From positions 32,001 through 96,000 of IMG/VR virus record IMGVR_UViG_3300011006_000010: a DNA stretch of 64,000 nucleotides; one strand, 5' to 3'. Positions 42,020 through 50,256 of this stretch are shown here, piece by piece. Under the pieces are notes generated by a model. That model was not told where the DNA came from. It was given only the letters and a program-made list of their open reading frames with translations, and made no database searches. The DNA comes from a virus (taxonomy: Duplodnaviria; Caudoviricetes). The first letter of the stretch is position 1, and every line of letters starts with the position of its first letter. The translations under genes and the position numbers were made by a program.

Positions 42020-42080
42020 AATAATTCTCCTATGCTTCTATTTTTCTTTGTCCGAAAAGTGTCACCACTGATGATACTTT

Positions 42081-42163
42081 TTATTTTGTCTCGATGTCCA
42101 GACCTTTGAAATGTTCCTTCATCTCATCTGTCATGCCCTGCGTCCCATGCAGACCTTCTACAT
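42081..42163 (-). pseudogene. Orphan 3' tail of an unknown donor gene
   Basis: Startless frame ..YVEGLHGTQGMTDEMKEHFKGLDIETK*, GC-richer than the upstream sequence. Confidence 0.4.
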
Positions 42164-42241
42164 ATCTATGTCTTCATATTGAGTATAGAATTCATCGTTC
42201 TTATTTTCTCTGGCTTTACTTAGATCTGCTGTTGTTGCCAT
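42158..42241 (-). pseudogene. 27-codon N-terminal stub of an EcoRI-family adenine methyltransferase
   Basis: MATTADLSKARENKNDEFYTQYEDIDM* matches the M.EcoRI-family start 'L.KAK..K.DEFYTQY.DI'; AGGAAGGT RBS. Confidence 0.8.
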
Positions 42242-42271
42242 GTTAATTACCTTCCTAAACAATATAAGATA

Positions 42272-42300
42272 ATTATATTAAATCGAGATGGTAATTTCAA
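42272..42300 (-). promoter_or_regulatory. SigmaA-type promoter for the R-M/Abi cassette
   Basis: TTGAAA-17 bp-TATAAT. Confidence 0.7.
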
Positions 42301-42348
42301 TTGTTAGAAAGAACAAAAAAAAGCGCAAGCAATAAAGCTCACGCAGAT

Positions 42349-42405
42349 TTTTTAACATATTAATGCATTACTTGTGGTGCAAATAGTGTATTAATATGTT
42401 AAAAA
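42349..42405. repeat. 26-bp imperfect inverted repeat
   Basis: TTTTTAACATATTAATGCATTACTTG / CAAATAGTGTATTAATATGTTAAAAA. Confidence 0.8.
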
Positions 42406-42420
42406 GAAAATTTAAATTAT

Positions 42421-42755
42421 GTTGATGTAATCAATGTTTTTCCGTTTAAATGATGTAGGTTAGAACGAGCCTTTATTAGTTGATTTTTTACATCATTTCA
42501 TACATCATACGCATAAATTTTGCGATTAAAATTGCATTGATAAATACAGCATATTTCTCAATAACAGAAATTTGAACTTATAAATTATTTGAAATAACCG
42601 AAAAAACATTGATGAAACCAACATTTTTTTACTTTTTTGTATTTTATTGATTTAATGACTAAAGTAAAATACGATTCAAAATTTAGTTGATTTTTTCAAT
42701 ATATTTTTTAGTTTCAATTTCGAGAATTTCTGTCTTACATCATTTTACATCATTT
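42421..42755. other. Putative attP region with integrase arm-type repeats
   Basis: TACATCA(TTT) at 42489, 42501, 42736, 42746 and inverted at 42423 and 42448; TTAGTTGATTTTTT at 42476 and 42683; AT-rich; directly 3' of the integrase. Confidence 0.6.
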
Positions 42756-43853
42756 ATAAACATTATTTAGAGAGTTAATAGATTCCTTGTCAAAATCCTG
42801 CGTAACATAAACATCTAAAGTTACCATTACGCTCTTATGACCAAGATAACTCTGAATTACTTTAGGATTGACTCCCTTTTTAAACAAAAGAGTAGCGAAC
42901 GTATGTCTCAGCATATGCATATGAAGCTTTGGAAAGTCAGGATATTTTTTAACGATTTCTTCATAAAGCCTGCGAAGAGCAGAATTTGCAGACGATGAAG
43001 TTACACAGTTCCCTCTAGCGTTGATAAATAGCAAATTAGAATCTGTTTCTGTTCTAAATTTTAACTCATTGACAATAGCCTCTTTCGCCATGTTGTTAAG
43101 TGGAATTTTCCTTTTTGAAGTTTGTGTTTTCAGGTTGCTTAACTTATGCCCCTTGCCAGATTCGTAAATCATTTGAGAGTTAACATCTAGATGATCTTCA
43201 TGAATGTCTTCTAGACACAACCCAAAACATTCGCCACTTCTCATTCCAGTTGCAAGCACCAGCTTAAACAGATTCAAATACTTTACCTGATAAATTCCAG
43301 CATAATCTAAAAATATTTTTACCTGTTCCTCATTCAGACATTCAGTCTTTTTTGGAATTTGATGAGACTTTAATGGTATAGATGCAAACATATTTCTGTC
43401 GACATAACCAACTTGTACTGCATAATCATACATGCTGCTGACGATCGTTCTTGTAGCTCCACATAATCCAGCAGAATAATCTCTGATTCCATCATAAAGG
43501 GCGACTATATCACTGACCTTAACTTTGTTCACTCTGACATTACCGATCTTTTTATGTATATGATTCTTGTATACTGCATTATAGAAGGTAATCGTTGCTC
43601 CTCTAAGATCATTTTTCTTGAGCGAAATCCACTCCTCATATAACTGATCGATCTTAACGTTGCATTTAGTGTCGTTTAATTTTAAATTATCCTTTGATCT
43701 TTCCTCAATTAATTTCTTTTTAATACTTCTCAGACTGCTATCGTAGATATATCTTCTTTTGCCGAACCTATCAACGTACGTAGCCTGATACGATCCATCT
43801 TTTCTTTGTGTAATACCTTTCCCAAGATCCTTGCCTTTTAAACTTTTACCCAT
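42750..43853 (-). CDS. int: Tyrosine integrase with Tn916-type N-terminal arm-binding domain
   Basis: 'TGMRSGE', 'HMLRHTFAT', 'LGH...T..VY' catalytic residues; N-terminal 'QRKDG.Y'. Confidence 0.93.
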   Translation of the reverse strand: MGKSLKGKDLGKGITQRKDGSYQATYVDRFGKRRYIYDSSLRSIKKKLIEERSKDNLKLNDTKCNVKIDQLYEEWISLKKNDLRGATITFYNAVYKNHIHKKIGNVRVNKVKVSDIVALYDGIRDYSAGLCGATRTIVSSMYDYAVQVGYVDRNMFASIPLKSHQIPKKTECLNEEQVKIFLDYAGIYQVKYLNLFKLVLATGMRSGECFGLCLEDIHEDHLDVNSQMIYESGKGHKLSNLKTQTSKRKIPLNNMAKEAIVNELKFRTETDSNLLFINARGNCVTSSSANSALRRLYEEIVKKYPDFPKLHMHMLRHTFATLLFKKGVNPKVIQSYLGHKSVMVTLDVYVTQDFDKESINSLNNVYK

Positions 43854-43874
43854 ATTACTCCTTTCTTTATAAGT

Positions 43875-43925
43875 AAAAAAGGCTCGTGTATAACCACATT
43901 TATCTTATCACGGATACACGAGCTT
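43875..43925 (-). terminator. Terminator/attenuator hairpin separating int from the early operon
   Basis: GCTCGTGTAT/ATACACGAGC stem followed by U6 on the minus strand. Confidence 0.65.
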
Positions 43926-43938
43926 GCATAGTATGTTT

Positions 43939-44490
43939 TTAATAAATGGCGAAAGCTGCTCCAATCCTCTTTGCAATTTCTTCAGTTGAATATTCAAAGT
44001 TGTCATTAATAATAGTAAGGTCGCACATAAATCTTGCGTCTCTATGATTTTCAGTATCTCTTTTAAAACGAGCCTTTACTTCTTCTTTGTCATCTCTGAC
44101 TGCCATACACCTAGCCATTCTAGTATCGTCATCCACATCAAGATAGACGCTCTTGACAACGATACCGTTCTTGTTTGTCCATTCCTTAAATCGTTTCAGC
44201 CCGCTAGGCGTTAGAATTAAAACTTGATTTTCATCTTTGTGAATAGACGATTTTAAAGCTCCATAATGCCAGTCATTATAAGATTCGGTTTCAATAAAGA
44301 TATCGTTAGCCATACCCATAATGAATTCCCTTTCGGTATAGAAATGATAGTCAACTCCACTTTTCTCATCTTTTCTTTTTGGTCTTGTTGTGACTGTAAT
44401 GACTTTTTTTAAAATATCTTCTTTGTCAAAGTAATCTGCGAGAGTGGATTTGCCACTCCCACTTTTGCCAACCAGTACTAGAATCATCAA
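43939..44490 (-). CDS. gmk: Guanylate kinase-like protein
   Basis: P-loop 'GKSGSGKST'; 'TTRPKR..E..GVDYHF'. Confidence 0.88.
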   Translation of the reverse strand: MMILVLVGKSGSGKSTLADYFDKEDILKKVITVTTRPKRKDEKSGVDYHFYTEREFIMGMANDIFIETESYNDWHYGALKSSIHKDENQVLILTPSGLKRFKEWTNKNGIVVKSVYLDVDDDTRMARCMAVRDDKEEVKARFKRDTENHRDARFMCDLTIINDNFEYSTEEIAKRIGAAFAIY

Positions 44491-44515
44491 TTTCCTCCTT
44501 TATTTTGATCTCTGT

Positions 44516-44833
44516 TTAAACTAAATGATTTATGATTGCTACAATGTCTTCATACTTTACAATTGGCATATCTACTGCAATTGCATATGCCTCTTCAAGC
44601 AGACAGCCTCTTGAATCACATTCGTCAAGCTGCACAAGCATAGAAGCTTTTGACAGAAGTGTTAGCCCCAGGTCGATATAATCTCTATAGCTAAGCAAAT
44701 GAGTTTCAGGTAAAATAGGGTTTAAAACAGTAAATCCATTTTTTGTCAGATACTCTTCTGCATTTCTAAATTTAATATGGTAGTTTTTATCATCGCTGAC
44801 TTTACCACTTAAAAAAACTAATCCATCTTTCAT
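44516..44833 (-). CDS. DUF4406 (nucleoside deoxyribosyltransferase-like fold) protein
   Basis: 'FLSG', 'F..AEE.L...G..VLNP', 'SRGC.LE..YA'. Confidence 0.7.
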   Translation of the reverse strand: MKDGLVFLSGKVSDDKNYHIKFRNAEEYLTKNGFTVLNPILPETHLLSYRDYIDLGLTLLSKASMLVQLDECDSRGCLLEEAYAIAVDMPIVKYEDIVAIINHLV

Positions 44834-44873
44834 AAGCTATTTAATCTCTCCTCATCTCTTCGTTTCTCTGAAA

Positions 44874-45356
44874 TCATTCCGTATCATCTACGACTCTTTT
44901 ATAGAAAGCTTCTCTGATACGACTTGCAATAGGAGTTATACTGATCACTCTATCTTCAAGCTTTAACTTGCTAGACATTGTTCTGATATCATCAATGCCT
45001 TGCATATATTCATACGTATCTCCTTTAAAACATTCTCTACAGACAGGTACGTCATTAACTCTAAATACGTCTGGTTTTCCACATTTAAAACAGATATGTT
45101 TTGCACACTTAAGATACGCATCATTGATCATCTTTAATTCGCCACAGAGACCTCTGCAAGGTGGATTATTCGCATTGAAGATAAAAGTAAGCACTCTACT
45201 ACCTTCGTTGTTAAATCTCATTCCATCAAATTGAATATATGTATCATATTTGTTGGCTAGAGCTTTGACATCTTCTCTGATTAAGTCAGAAAATGCATAC
45301 GCCCATCCTTGTGGAAATCCTGCATTCTTGTAATCGTCCATTAATTCAATCCTCAT
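44874..45356 (-). CDS. Hypothetical protein with CxxC-CxxC Zn ribbon
   Basis: 'ICFKCGKP...PVCREC'. Confidence 0.6.
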   Translation of the reverse strand: MRIELMDDYKNAGFPQGWAYAFSDLIREDVKALANKYDTYIQFDGMRFNNEGSRVLTFIFNANNPPCRGLCGELKMINDAYLKCAKHICFKCGKPDVFRVNDVPVCRECFKGDTYEYMQGIDDIRTMSSKLKLEDRVISITPIASRIREAFYKRVVDDTE

Positions 45357-45790
45357 TTACAATAGATATGTGTTTTGTGTCTATAGACCACTTTTAATGT
45401 TCTCCACCACCCGTGATATGATGATTTTTCACAGAAATATAATGCTTTCATATTGTTATATTTACCAGCCTTGACTTGCTTCAAGGCTTTTTTTGTGCTT
45501 TTGGTGATCTTTGCTCTATTCAGGTATTTTACTGTTACAAACTGATTCTTTGCGTAGATTACTTTTTTTACTGTGTTGGGAAATTTCTTTGAATAGACAC
45601 GATTCATAATCGTTCTCCCAACTAGAGTCATACCTTTCACACCATGCGTATGTGCTTCAAGATACATTATTTTCTGAATTAGTCTTTCTTCGCTTTTTGT
45701 CATCTTATATGATTTGGCATTTACTTTTGTGGGGATAAGCATAAGTGACAGCATAATGATCACTATCAATCGTTTTGTTAAGTTATGCAT
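45353..45790 (-). CDS. SleB/CwlJ-like (Hydrolase_2) cell-wall hydrolase with signal peptide
   Basis: 'LEA..G..GM..V...IMNRV...FPNTV..VI...NQF'; N-terminal signal ending 'VNA'. Confidence 0.8.
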   Translation of the reverse strand: MHNLTKRLIVIIMLSLMLIPTKVNAKSYKMTKSEERLIQKIMYLEAHTHGVKGMTLVGRTIMNRVYSKKFPNTVKKVIYAKNQFVTVKYLNRAKITKSTKKALKQVKAGKYNNMKALYFCEKSSYHGWWRTLKVVYRHKTHIYCK

Positions 45791-45870
45791 TGCCTCACAC
45801 TCCCTTCTTAAATTTTTATATATTTCTGCAAATGCAAGAAGGAATTGTTATTCAATTCCTTCGCATAAGA

Positions 45871-46059
45871 TTAAGTACTGCTTAATGACTTTATTATAGA
45901 AATACAACTACGACAAATGATGTGTGGCTCTTCTTTTTCGTCATAAAATGTTTTAAAATCTTCTGTGGCTTCGCCACATACATCACATCTTTCTTTGAAT
46001 TTAAGTTTTCTGGCAAAAACTACTTCAGATTTTGCGACAGTTCGTTTCTTTCTAGGCAT
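45871..46059 (-). CDS. Small Zn-finger hypothetical protein
   Basis: CDVC...ICRSC. Confidence 0.55.
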   Translation of the reverse strand: MPRKKRTVAKSEVVFARKLKFKERCDVCGEATEDFKTFYDEKEEPHIICRSCISIIKSLSST

Positions 46060-46465
46060 CTTTATATTTCTTCAGGTTTTCACATGGCTGGATGTAATAG
46101 TATTTATATGTTCCATTAGGTAATTTGCCCAAAGGAGAGACAGTCACAGCGATGTCTAAATCTTCGTCGATATATTTAATTTCGTATAAGAGATCGTCTG
46201 AACATAATCCTTCTTCTTTGATGATTGTCCGCAGCAGACAGAAATCGTCTGTATTTCTGATCAGTTTCATAAGAAGTTCGTTTTTTTCTTTGTCCCGAAC
46301 CTGACTATATTTGGTCAGTTCAACAATGTCTCCAACATTGAGACGTTCTTCCTTCTTGTGCATGTTCTTTCTACTGTCTTTTACGAGCTTACCATTTTCA
46401 TAGATCTTGACACGCATTCCTTCATTGTCTATAGTCACAATTCTCACTCTAGACGACATCAACAT
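46052..46465 (-). CDS. Hypothetical protein
   Basis: ORF tightly packed in the operon. Confidence 0.5.
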   Translation of the reverse strand: MLMSSRVRIVTIDNEGMRVKIYENGKLVKDSRKNMHKKEERLNVGDIVELTKYSQVRDKEKNELLMKLIRNTDDFCLLRTIIKEEGLCSDDLLYEIKYIDEDLDIAVTVSPLGKLPNGTYKYYYIQPCENLKKYKDA

Positions 46466-46688
46466 TGTCCTCGCTTTCCTCTTTTGTACTGTATGGTTCG
46501 ATTGTTTCTAATCTGATAATTAATGATCTGATTACATACATGAGGTACAAAATAATAACACTTGAAATGAATCCTAAAAATCCATTCAAAGACCAGTGAA
46601 TGACAAACTGTAATGCAGTAAATACTGTCAATGCTGTTGCTAATCCTAATCCGTAATTAACCAAATCTCTTCTTTCAAATTCTTCCAT
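46449..46688 (-). CDS. Small two-TM membrane protein
   Basis: GGAG RBS before 'MEEFERR'; two hydrophobic segments. Confidence 0.55.
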   Translation of the reverse strand: MEEFERRDLVNYGLGLATALTVFTALQFVIHWSLNGFLGFISSVIILYLMYVIRSLIIRLETIEPYSTKEESEDNVDVV

Positions 46689-46950
46689 TTTTAATCTCCG
46701 TTTCCTCGATATATCCTTCACAAATATCTGTGTTCTCAAAATGGTGGGTGTCGTCAGTTATGGTTCTAAATACTTCTTTGAGCACTATTGGTTCAAGCTC
46801 TTTCATCATCCAACCCAACATTTCTGGATCAAATACTCCAACCGTCCATCTTACCTCTGATGCGTTATGATGGATGTAATATTTATAATTTCTAATGCAA
46901 CCTGTGTTATGGCATCTTGTGCTACACATCGATATTTTTCTGATTTCCAT
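46675..46950 (-). CDS. Hypothetical Cys-rich protein
   Basis: AAGGAG RBS before ATG 46950. Confidence 0.5.
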   Translation of the reverse strand: MEIRKISMCSTRCHNTGCIRNYKYYIHHNASEVRWTVGVFDPEMLGWMMKELEPIVLKEVFRTITDDTHHFENTDICEGYIEETEIKNGRI

Positions 46951-47015
46951 AAGACTCCTTAAACAAAACAATCAATTTATCACTGTTTTATATACGTATT
47001 ACACCTTTTACCTGA

Positions 47016-47420
47016 TCAATAAAGATTTTTGTTGGCATATGACTTGTCTTCAGCATAATCAAATTCGTAAGTATCACAAAAAATTTCAACAGCAACCTGG
47101 GGGAGATAATATTTGTTTTCTACATCATAGATATCAAAGATGTGCATTTGCGATCCGTCCCATTCTCCGAAGAACAGCCATGTGTCAAAGACTCTGAATA
47201 TATCCACATCTAAAGATTGTGCATAATTCCAGAACCCATTTAACGGCTTTCTGCTATCGAGCTTTCCATATTTTGAATAGGCTACAACCGATTCTGTTTC
47301 ATAGTCGTAATGAATAGACACATAGATCCCTTCAGACTCAACTAGAGCATGAATCTCACCGTCAGATTCAAACATTCTGTTCAGTACGGAGTAAAAACTC
47401 TCAGTAGGATCTTGACTCAT
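47016..47420 (-). CDS. Truncated/degenerate RNA-ligase-like nucleotidyltransferase-fold protein
   Basis: 'FFGEW', 'IFDIYD....YLPQ' resemble motifs III/IIIa; no KxDG. Confidence 0.4.
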   Translation of the reverse strand: MSQDPTESFYSVLNRMFESDGEIHALVESEGIYVSIHYDYETESVVAYSKYGKLDSRKPLNGFWNYAQSLDVDIFRVFDTWLFFGEWDGSQMHIFDIYDVENKYYLPQVAVEIFCDTYEFDYAEDKSYANKNLY

Positions 47421-47527
47421 TAATAGTCGTCCTCATCATCTTCATCAAAGAATTCTTCGGTTTCATCAAAGATGTCATCTCCGACGACGACGATTAATTC
47501 TTCAATGTCATCAATCAAATAATCCAT
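47420..47527 (-). CDS. Unannotated 35-aa hyper-acidic peptide
   Basis: MDYLIDDIEELIVVVGDDIFDETEEFFDEDDEDDY; TAATG coupling at both ends. Confidence 0.65.
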   Translation of the reverse strand: MDYLIDDIEELIVVVGDDIFDETEEFFDEDDEDDY

Positions 47528-48030
47528 TATCTTCCTGTGCTCCCAAATCCAATTTCATCACGCTCAGTTTCACCGAGATCATCAACGATATCCCATCCTT
47601 CACCAATAACATTGCCTTCTTCATCGTGCTGAATGGAAACACCATAGTACTCAAGAATCATCTGTGCTACTCGTTCATTTTTACGAAGAACAACTTCTTC
47701 ATTAGATGTATTTTTTAACATCAGGCAGACTTCGCCATGGAAATCTCCGTCAATAATGCCTACAATATTAGCTAGAATAATACCCCTCTTAGTTGACAGA
47801 CCGCTACGTGGATAGATTTTTGCACAGCAGTTGTAATTCATGTCCATTGCAAATCCCATTGGCACCTTTTTCATTTCATTTGGAGCAAGAGTAACCTCTT
47901 CAGGCAGAAATAAATCATAGCCTGCAGATTTCTCTGTTGCTCTTTCAGGCAAGTTGATTTCAGGATTGATAATTTTTAATCTAGGCAACAAACTCATCTC
48001 CTTTACCATTCTGCAATACGTCTTCGACAT
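47527..48030 (-). CDS. dut: Trimeric dUTPase (true start probably about 10-13 codons in)
   Basis: Motifs AGYDL, PRSGL, GIIDGDFHGE, RVAQ, GFGSTG. Confidence 0.92.
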   Translation of the reverse strand: MSKTYCRMVKEMSLLPRLKIINPEINLPERATEKSAGYDLFLPEEVTLAPNEMKKVPMGFAMDMNYNCCAKIYPRSGLSTKRGIILANIVGIIDGDFHGEVCLMLKNTSNEEVVLRKNERVAQMILEYYGVSIQHDEEGNVIGEGWDIVDDLGETERDEIGFGSTGR

Positions 48031-48247
48031 CGTCTCCTAAAGCATCGTCGTTAGAAGCGGTGAGATTTAACTTGTCGATATTTCCTGCTTCGCTTACTGG
48101 TATGATCTTGATGTTGCGGATGTCAACTGCGCCAAGGCTTTCAATTGCACTAGTTAATACGTTTAACGAAGCTACTATAGCAAAATCTGAACTCGTATTA
48201 GTCACATAAACTCGTGACTTTAAGTCATATTCAACAATATAATCCAT
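47981..48247 (-). CDS. Hypothetical protein
   Basis: AAGGAG RBS; 88 aa. Confidence 0.5.
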   Translation of the reverse strand: MDYIVEYDLKSRVYVTNTSSDFAIVASLNVLTSAIESLGAVDIRNIKIIPVSEAGNIDKLNLTASNDDALGDDVEDVLQNGKGDEFVA

Positions 48248-48258
48248 TTTTTATCTCC

Positions 48259-48468
48259 TTATTTAATATGATAACTGCATACGTTATTGAGGTCGATGAT
48301 GACTTCGCCATCTTTTCCCGAACAACGTAGGAACTGACCGTCAATATATGTGTCTTTAATAAATCTGACGATATTTAATCCTGCATCGTCATAGAACTTA
48401 AACTTCTCTTCGTTTTGAATAAGACATTCAAACTTGTCTCCGTTATTCATTTTTAGAACGATCTTCAT
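48259..48468 (-). CDS. Hypothetical protein
   Basis: Abuts the nrdG stop; 69 aa. Confidence 0.5.
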   Translation of the reverse strand: MKIVLKMNNGDKFECLIQNEEKFKFYDDAGLNIVRFIKDTYIDGQFLRCSGKDGEVIIDLNNVCSYHIK

Positions 48469-48990
48469 TTAGTCACTCCCATCCGACTTGATTTCATAGG
48501 TGTAATTTGTACAACTGATGATCTTTGCGTATTGATTGTCGCTAGCCAATTTTACGCCGAGCACATCATCATAATGTGATTTTTGATCAGGAATATAACG
48601 ACCGAATTTAATAATAATGTTCGGCAATTTTTTTAAGACGTCTATAATGTAAGACAACTCTTCTTCTTTGTACCCCGTATAAATGACGATATCATCGTTA
48701 CATTGATATTTTATTCTTAAGACTCTAATCAATTCCAAGACATCCCACAGTGAATCAAATGGCTCCAGCCCAATACAACAGATTGCTTCTGTAATAGGGT
48801 TATTGAGATACCGCTTGGCGATATCTGATACGTCTATTTCGATACTGGGCATGGCAGCCAAACTGCTGTTTTGGCAGATTGGCTTACCATACTCTTTATC
48901 ACATTTAAATGAACAGTTGGGAAATTCAATAACCATAGATGGTCTTTTATAGTTAATAAAATCTTCATCTAAAATATTTTTGACAAACAT
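48469..48990 (-). CDS. nrdG: Anaerobic ribonucleotide reductase activase (radical SAM)
   Basis: 'CSFKC......CQN', 'GLEPF', 'IYTGY', 'LASDNQ'; follows nrdD. Confidence 0.85.
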   Translation of the reverse strand: MFVKNILDEDFINYKRPSMVIEFPNCSFKCDKEYGKPICQNSSLAAMPSIEIDVSDIAKRYLNNPITEAICCIGLEPFDSLWDVLELIRVLRIKYQCNDDIVIYTGYKEEELSYIIDVLKKLPNIIIKFGRYIPDQKSHYDDVLGVKLASDNQYAKIISCTNYTYEIKSDGSD

Positions 48991-50256
48991 TTAAATTTCC
49001 TCTGTTGTCTGATTAATTCTTTCCCATCTACGCATTTTATATTCAGCTTTACGTTCTTTTGAATATGTTTTAATTGGCGTGTAGAATCCTACGATTCTTG
49101 TATATTCAGTTTCTACGGGTTTTCCACATATTGGACAGACACTTCCATAAAATGCATGATTGTTTTCGCAGGCTTGAATTTTGATATTGAAAGCAAAGTA
49201 TGTAACTCCTTGATCGGCAATATAGTTTGTCATCTTCCATGCTTTATCAAACGAATCAAACGGAGCATCAATATTAGCATGAAGAATAGATCCGCCATTA
49301 CAGAACCCGTCAAATAAAGAAGCGATTCTCACTCTTTCCTGCAACGTTGTTTTAATACCTAGAGGAATAAACTGATTTCCATACAGAGGAAGATCGTAAA
49401 TATCTGCGTCAGGATAGAAAAACATATCTTTTTGCATCAATTTAGCAGCGGCTGTTTCTCCAGGTATCTGCTCAGTATTAATCTGATAGTTGCAACGTTC
49501 TCTTGTGATAAAATCATCGGCGGCTTTACGCATTGTTTTAAAAATTTTATCACCAAGAGCTGACGCCTTTTCATCATAATATGTATTTCCAAATTCGTCT
49601 TGATATGTATACCCAAATTTTTTCATTGTTTCATAGATGCCAATAAATCCATTTGTATTGTAAAGATGATCAAAATCTACAAGCCCATGGCTGAAATTTG
49701 GGAGCAATCCTTTATCTACATTTCGCTTAATGATATATCTAACTCTATCAAGAGCCATCAAATTAATATTTACACGATGTCTCAATTCATCTAAATACTC
49801 TTCTTCTGAATTTGTATCTAAAGCGATACGAGCTAAGTTGATAGTAGAAACCTTAACAGATCCAACTTTTAATGCCGTCCCCCCGATACTGTTAAAATAA
49901 CCCAGGTCTTCAATATTTGACTTGAGTCTACAACAATTACTCAAGCTATTGACGGAACTGTCGATAAACAGGTTTGAATCAGACCATTTCATATTATGTT
50001 TGATTGCCCATTTGGCAAATTCTTCATCTACAAATTTTCCATCTTGTCTCAACAAAGAAATGGTGCTGACCGGGAACGTAAACATATTAGTAGAACGAAT
50101 TTCACTCATGACTTCCATGTACCATTTTTGAAATTCAATAATTTCTTCTTCATAATCAATCATGAAAGTCCCGTCAGGAAATATCGCTCCTCCAAACAAC
50201 GCTTCAAAATAAGGATGGTCAAATACGCTTGTATTAGTAAATGCACTTTGAGAACC
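48991..50256 (-). CDS. nrdD: Class III ribonucleotide reductase, exon 2 (spliced product 649 aa)
   Basis: 'NCCRL', 'EQIPGE', 'CPICG', glycyl-radical loop 'TRIVGFY'. Confidence 0.93.
   Translation of the reverse strand, partial: GSQSAFTNTSVFDHPYFEALFGGAIFPDGTFMIDYEEEIIEFQKWYMEVMSEIRSTNMFTFPVSTISLLRQDGKFVDEEFAKWAIKHNMKWSDSNLFIDSSVNSLSNCCRLKSNIEDLGYFNSIGGTALKVGSVKVSTINLARIALDTNSEEEYLDELRHRVNINLMALDRVRYIIKRNVDKGLLPNFSHGLVDFDHLYNTNGFIGIYETMKKFGYTYQDEFGNTYYDEKASALGDKIFKTMRKAADDFITRERCNYQINTEQIPGETAAAKLMQKDMFFYPDADIYDLPLYGNQFIPLGIKTTLQERVRIASLFDGFCNGGSILHANIDAPFDSFDKAWKMTNYIADQGVTYFAFNIKIQACENNHAFYGSVCPICGKPVETEYTRIVGFYTPIKTYSKERKAEYKMRRWERINQTTEEI

Noticed and set aside
42421-42755. CRISPR-like or iteron array from TACATCA repeats
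   Set aside because: The repeats are 7-10 bp, irregularly spaced and in both orientations; integrase arm sites explain them better.
45838-45862. Perfect 10-bp hairpin GAAGGAATTG/CAATTCCTTC as a terminator
   Set aside because: No convincing U-tract on either strand; function cannot be assigned.
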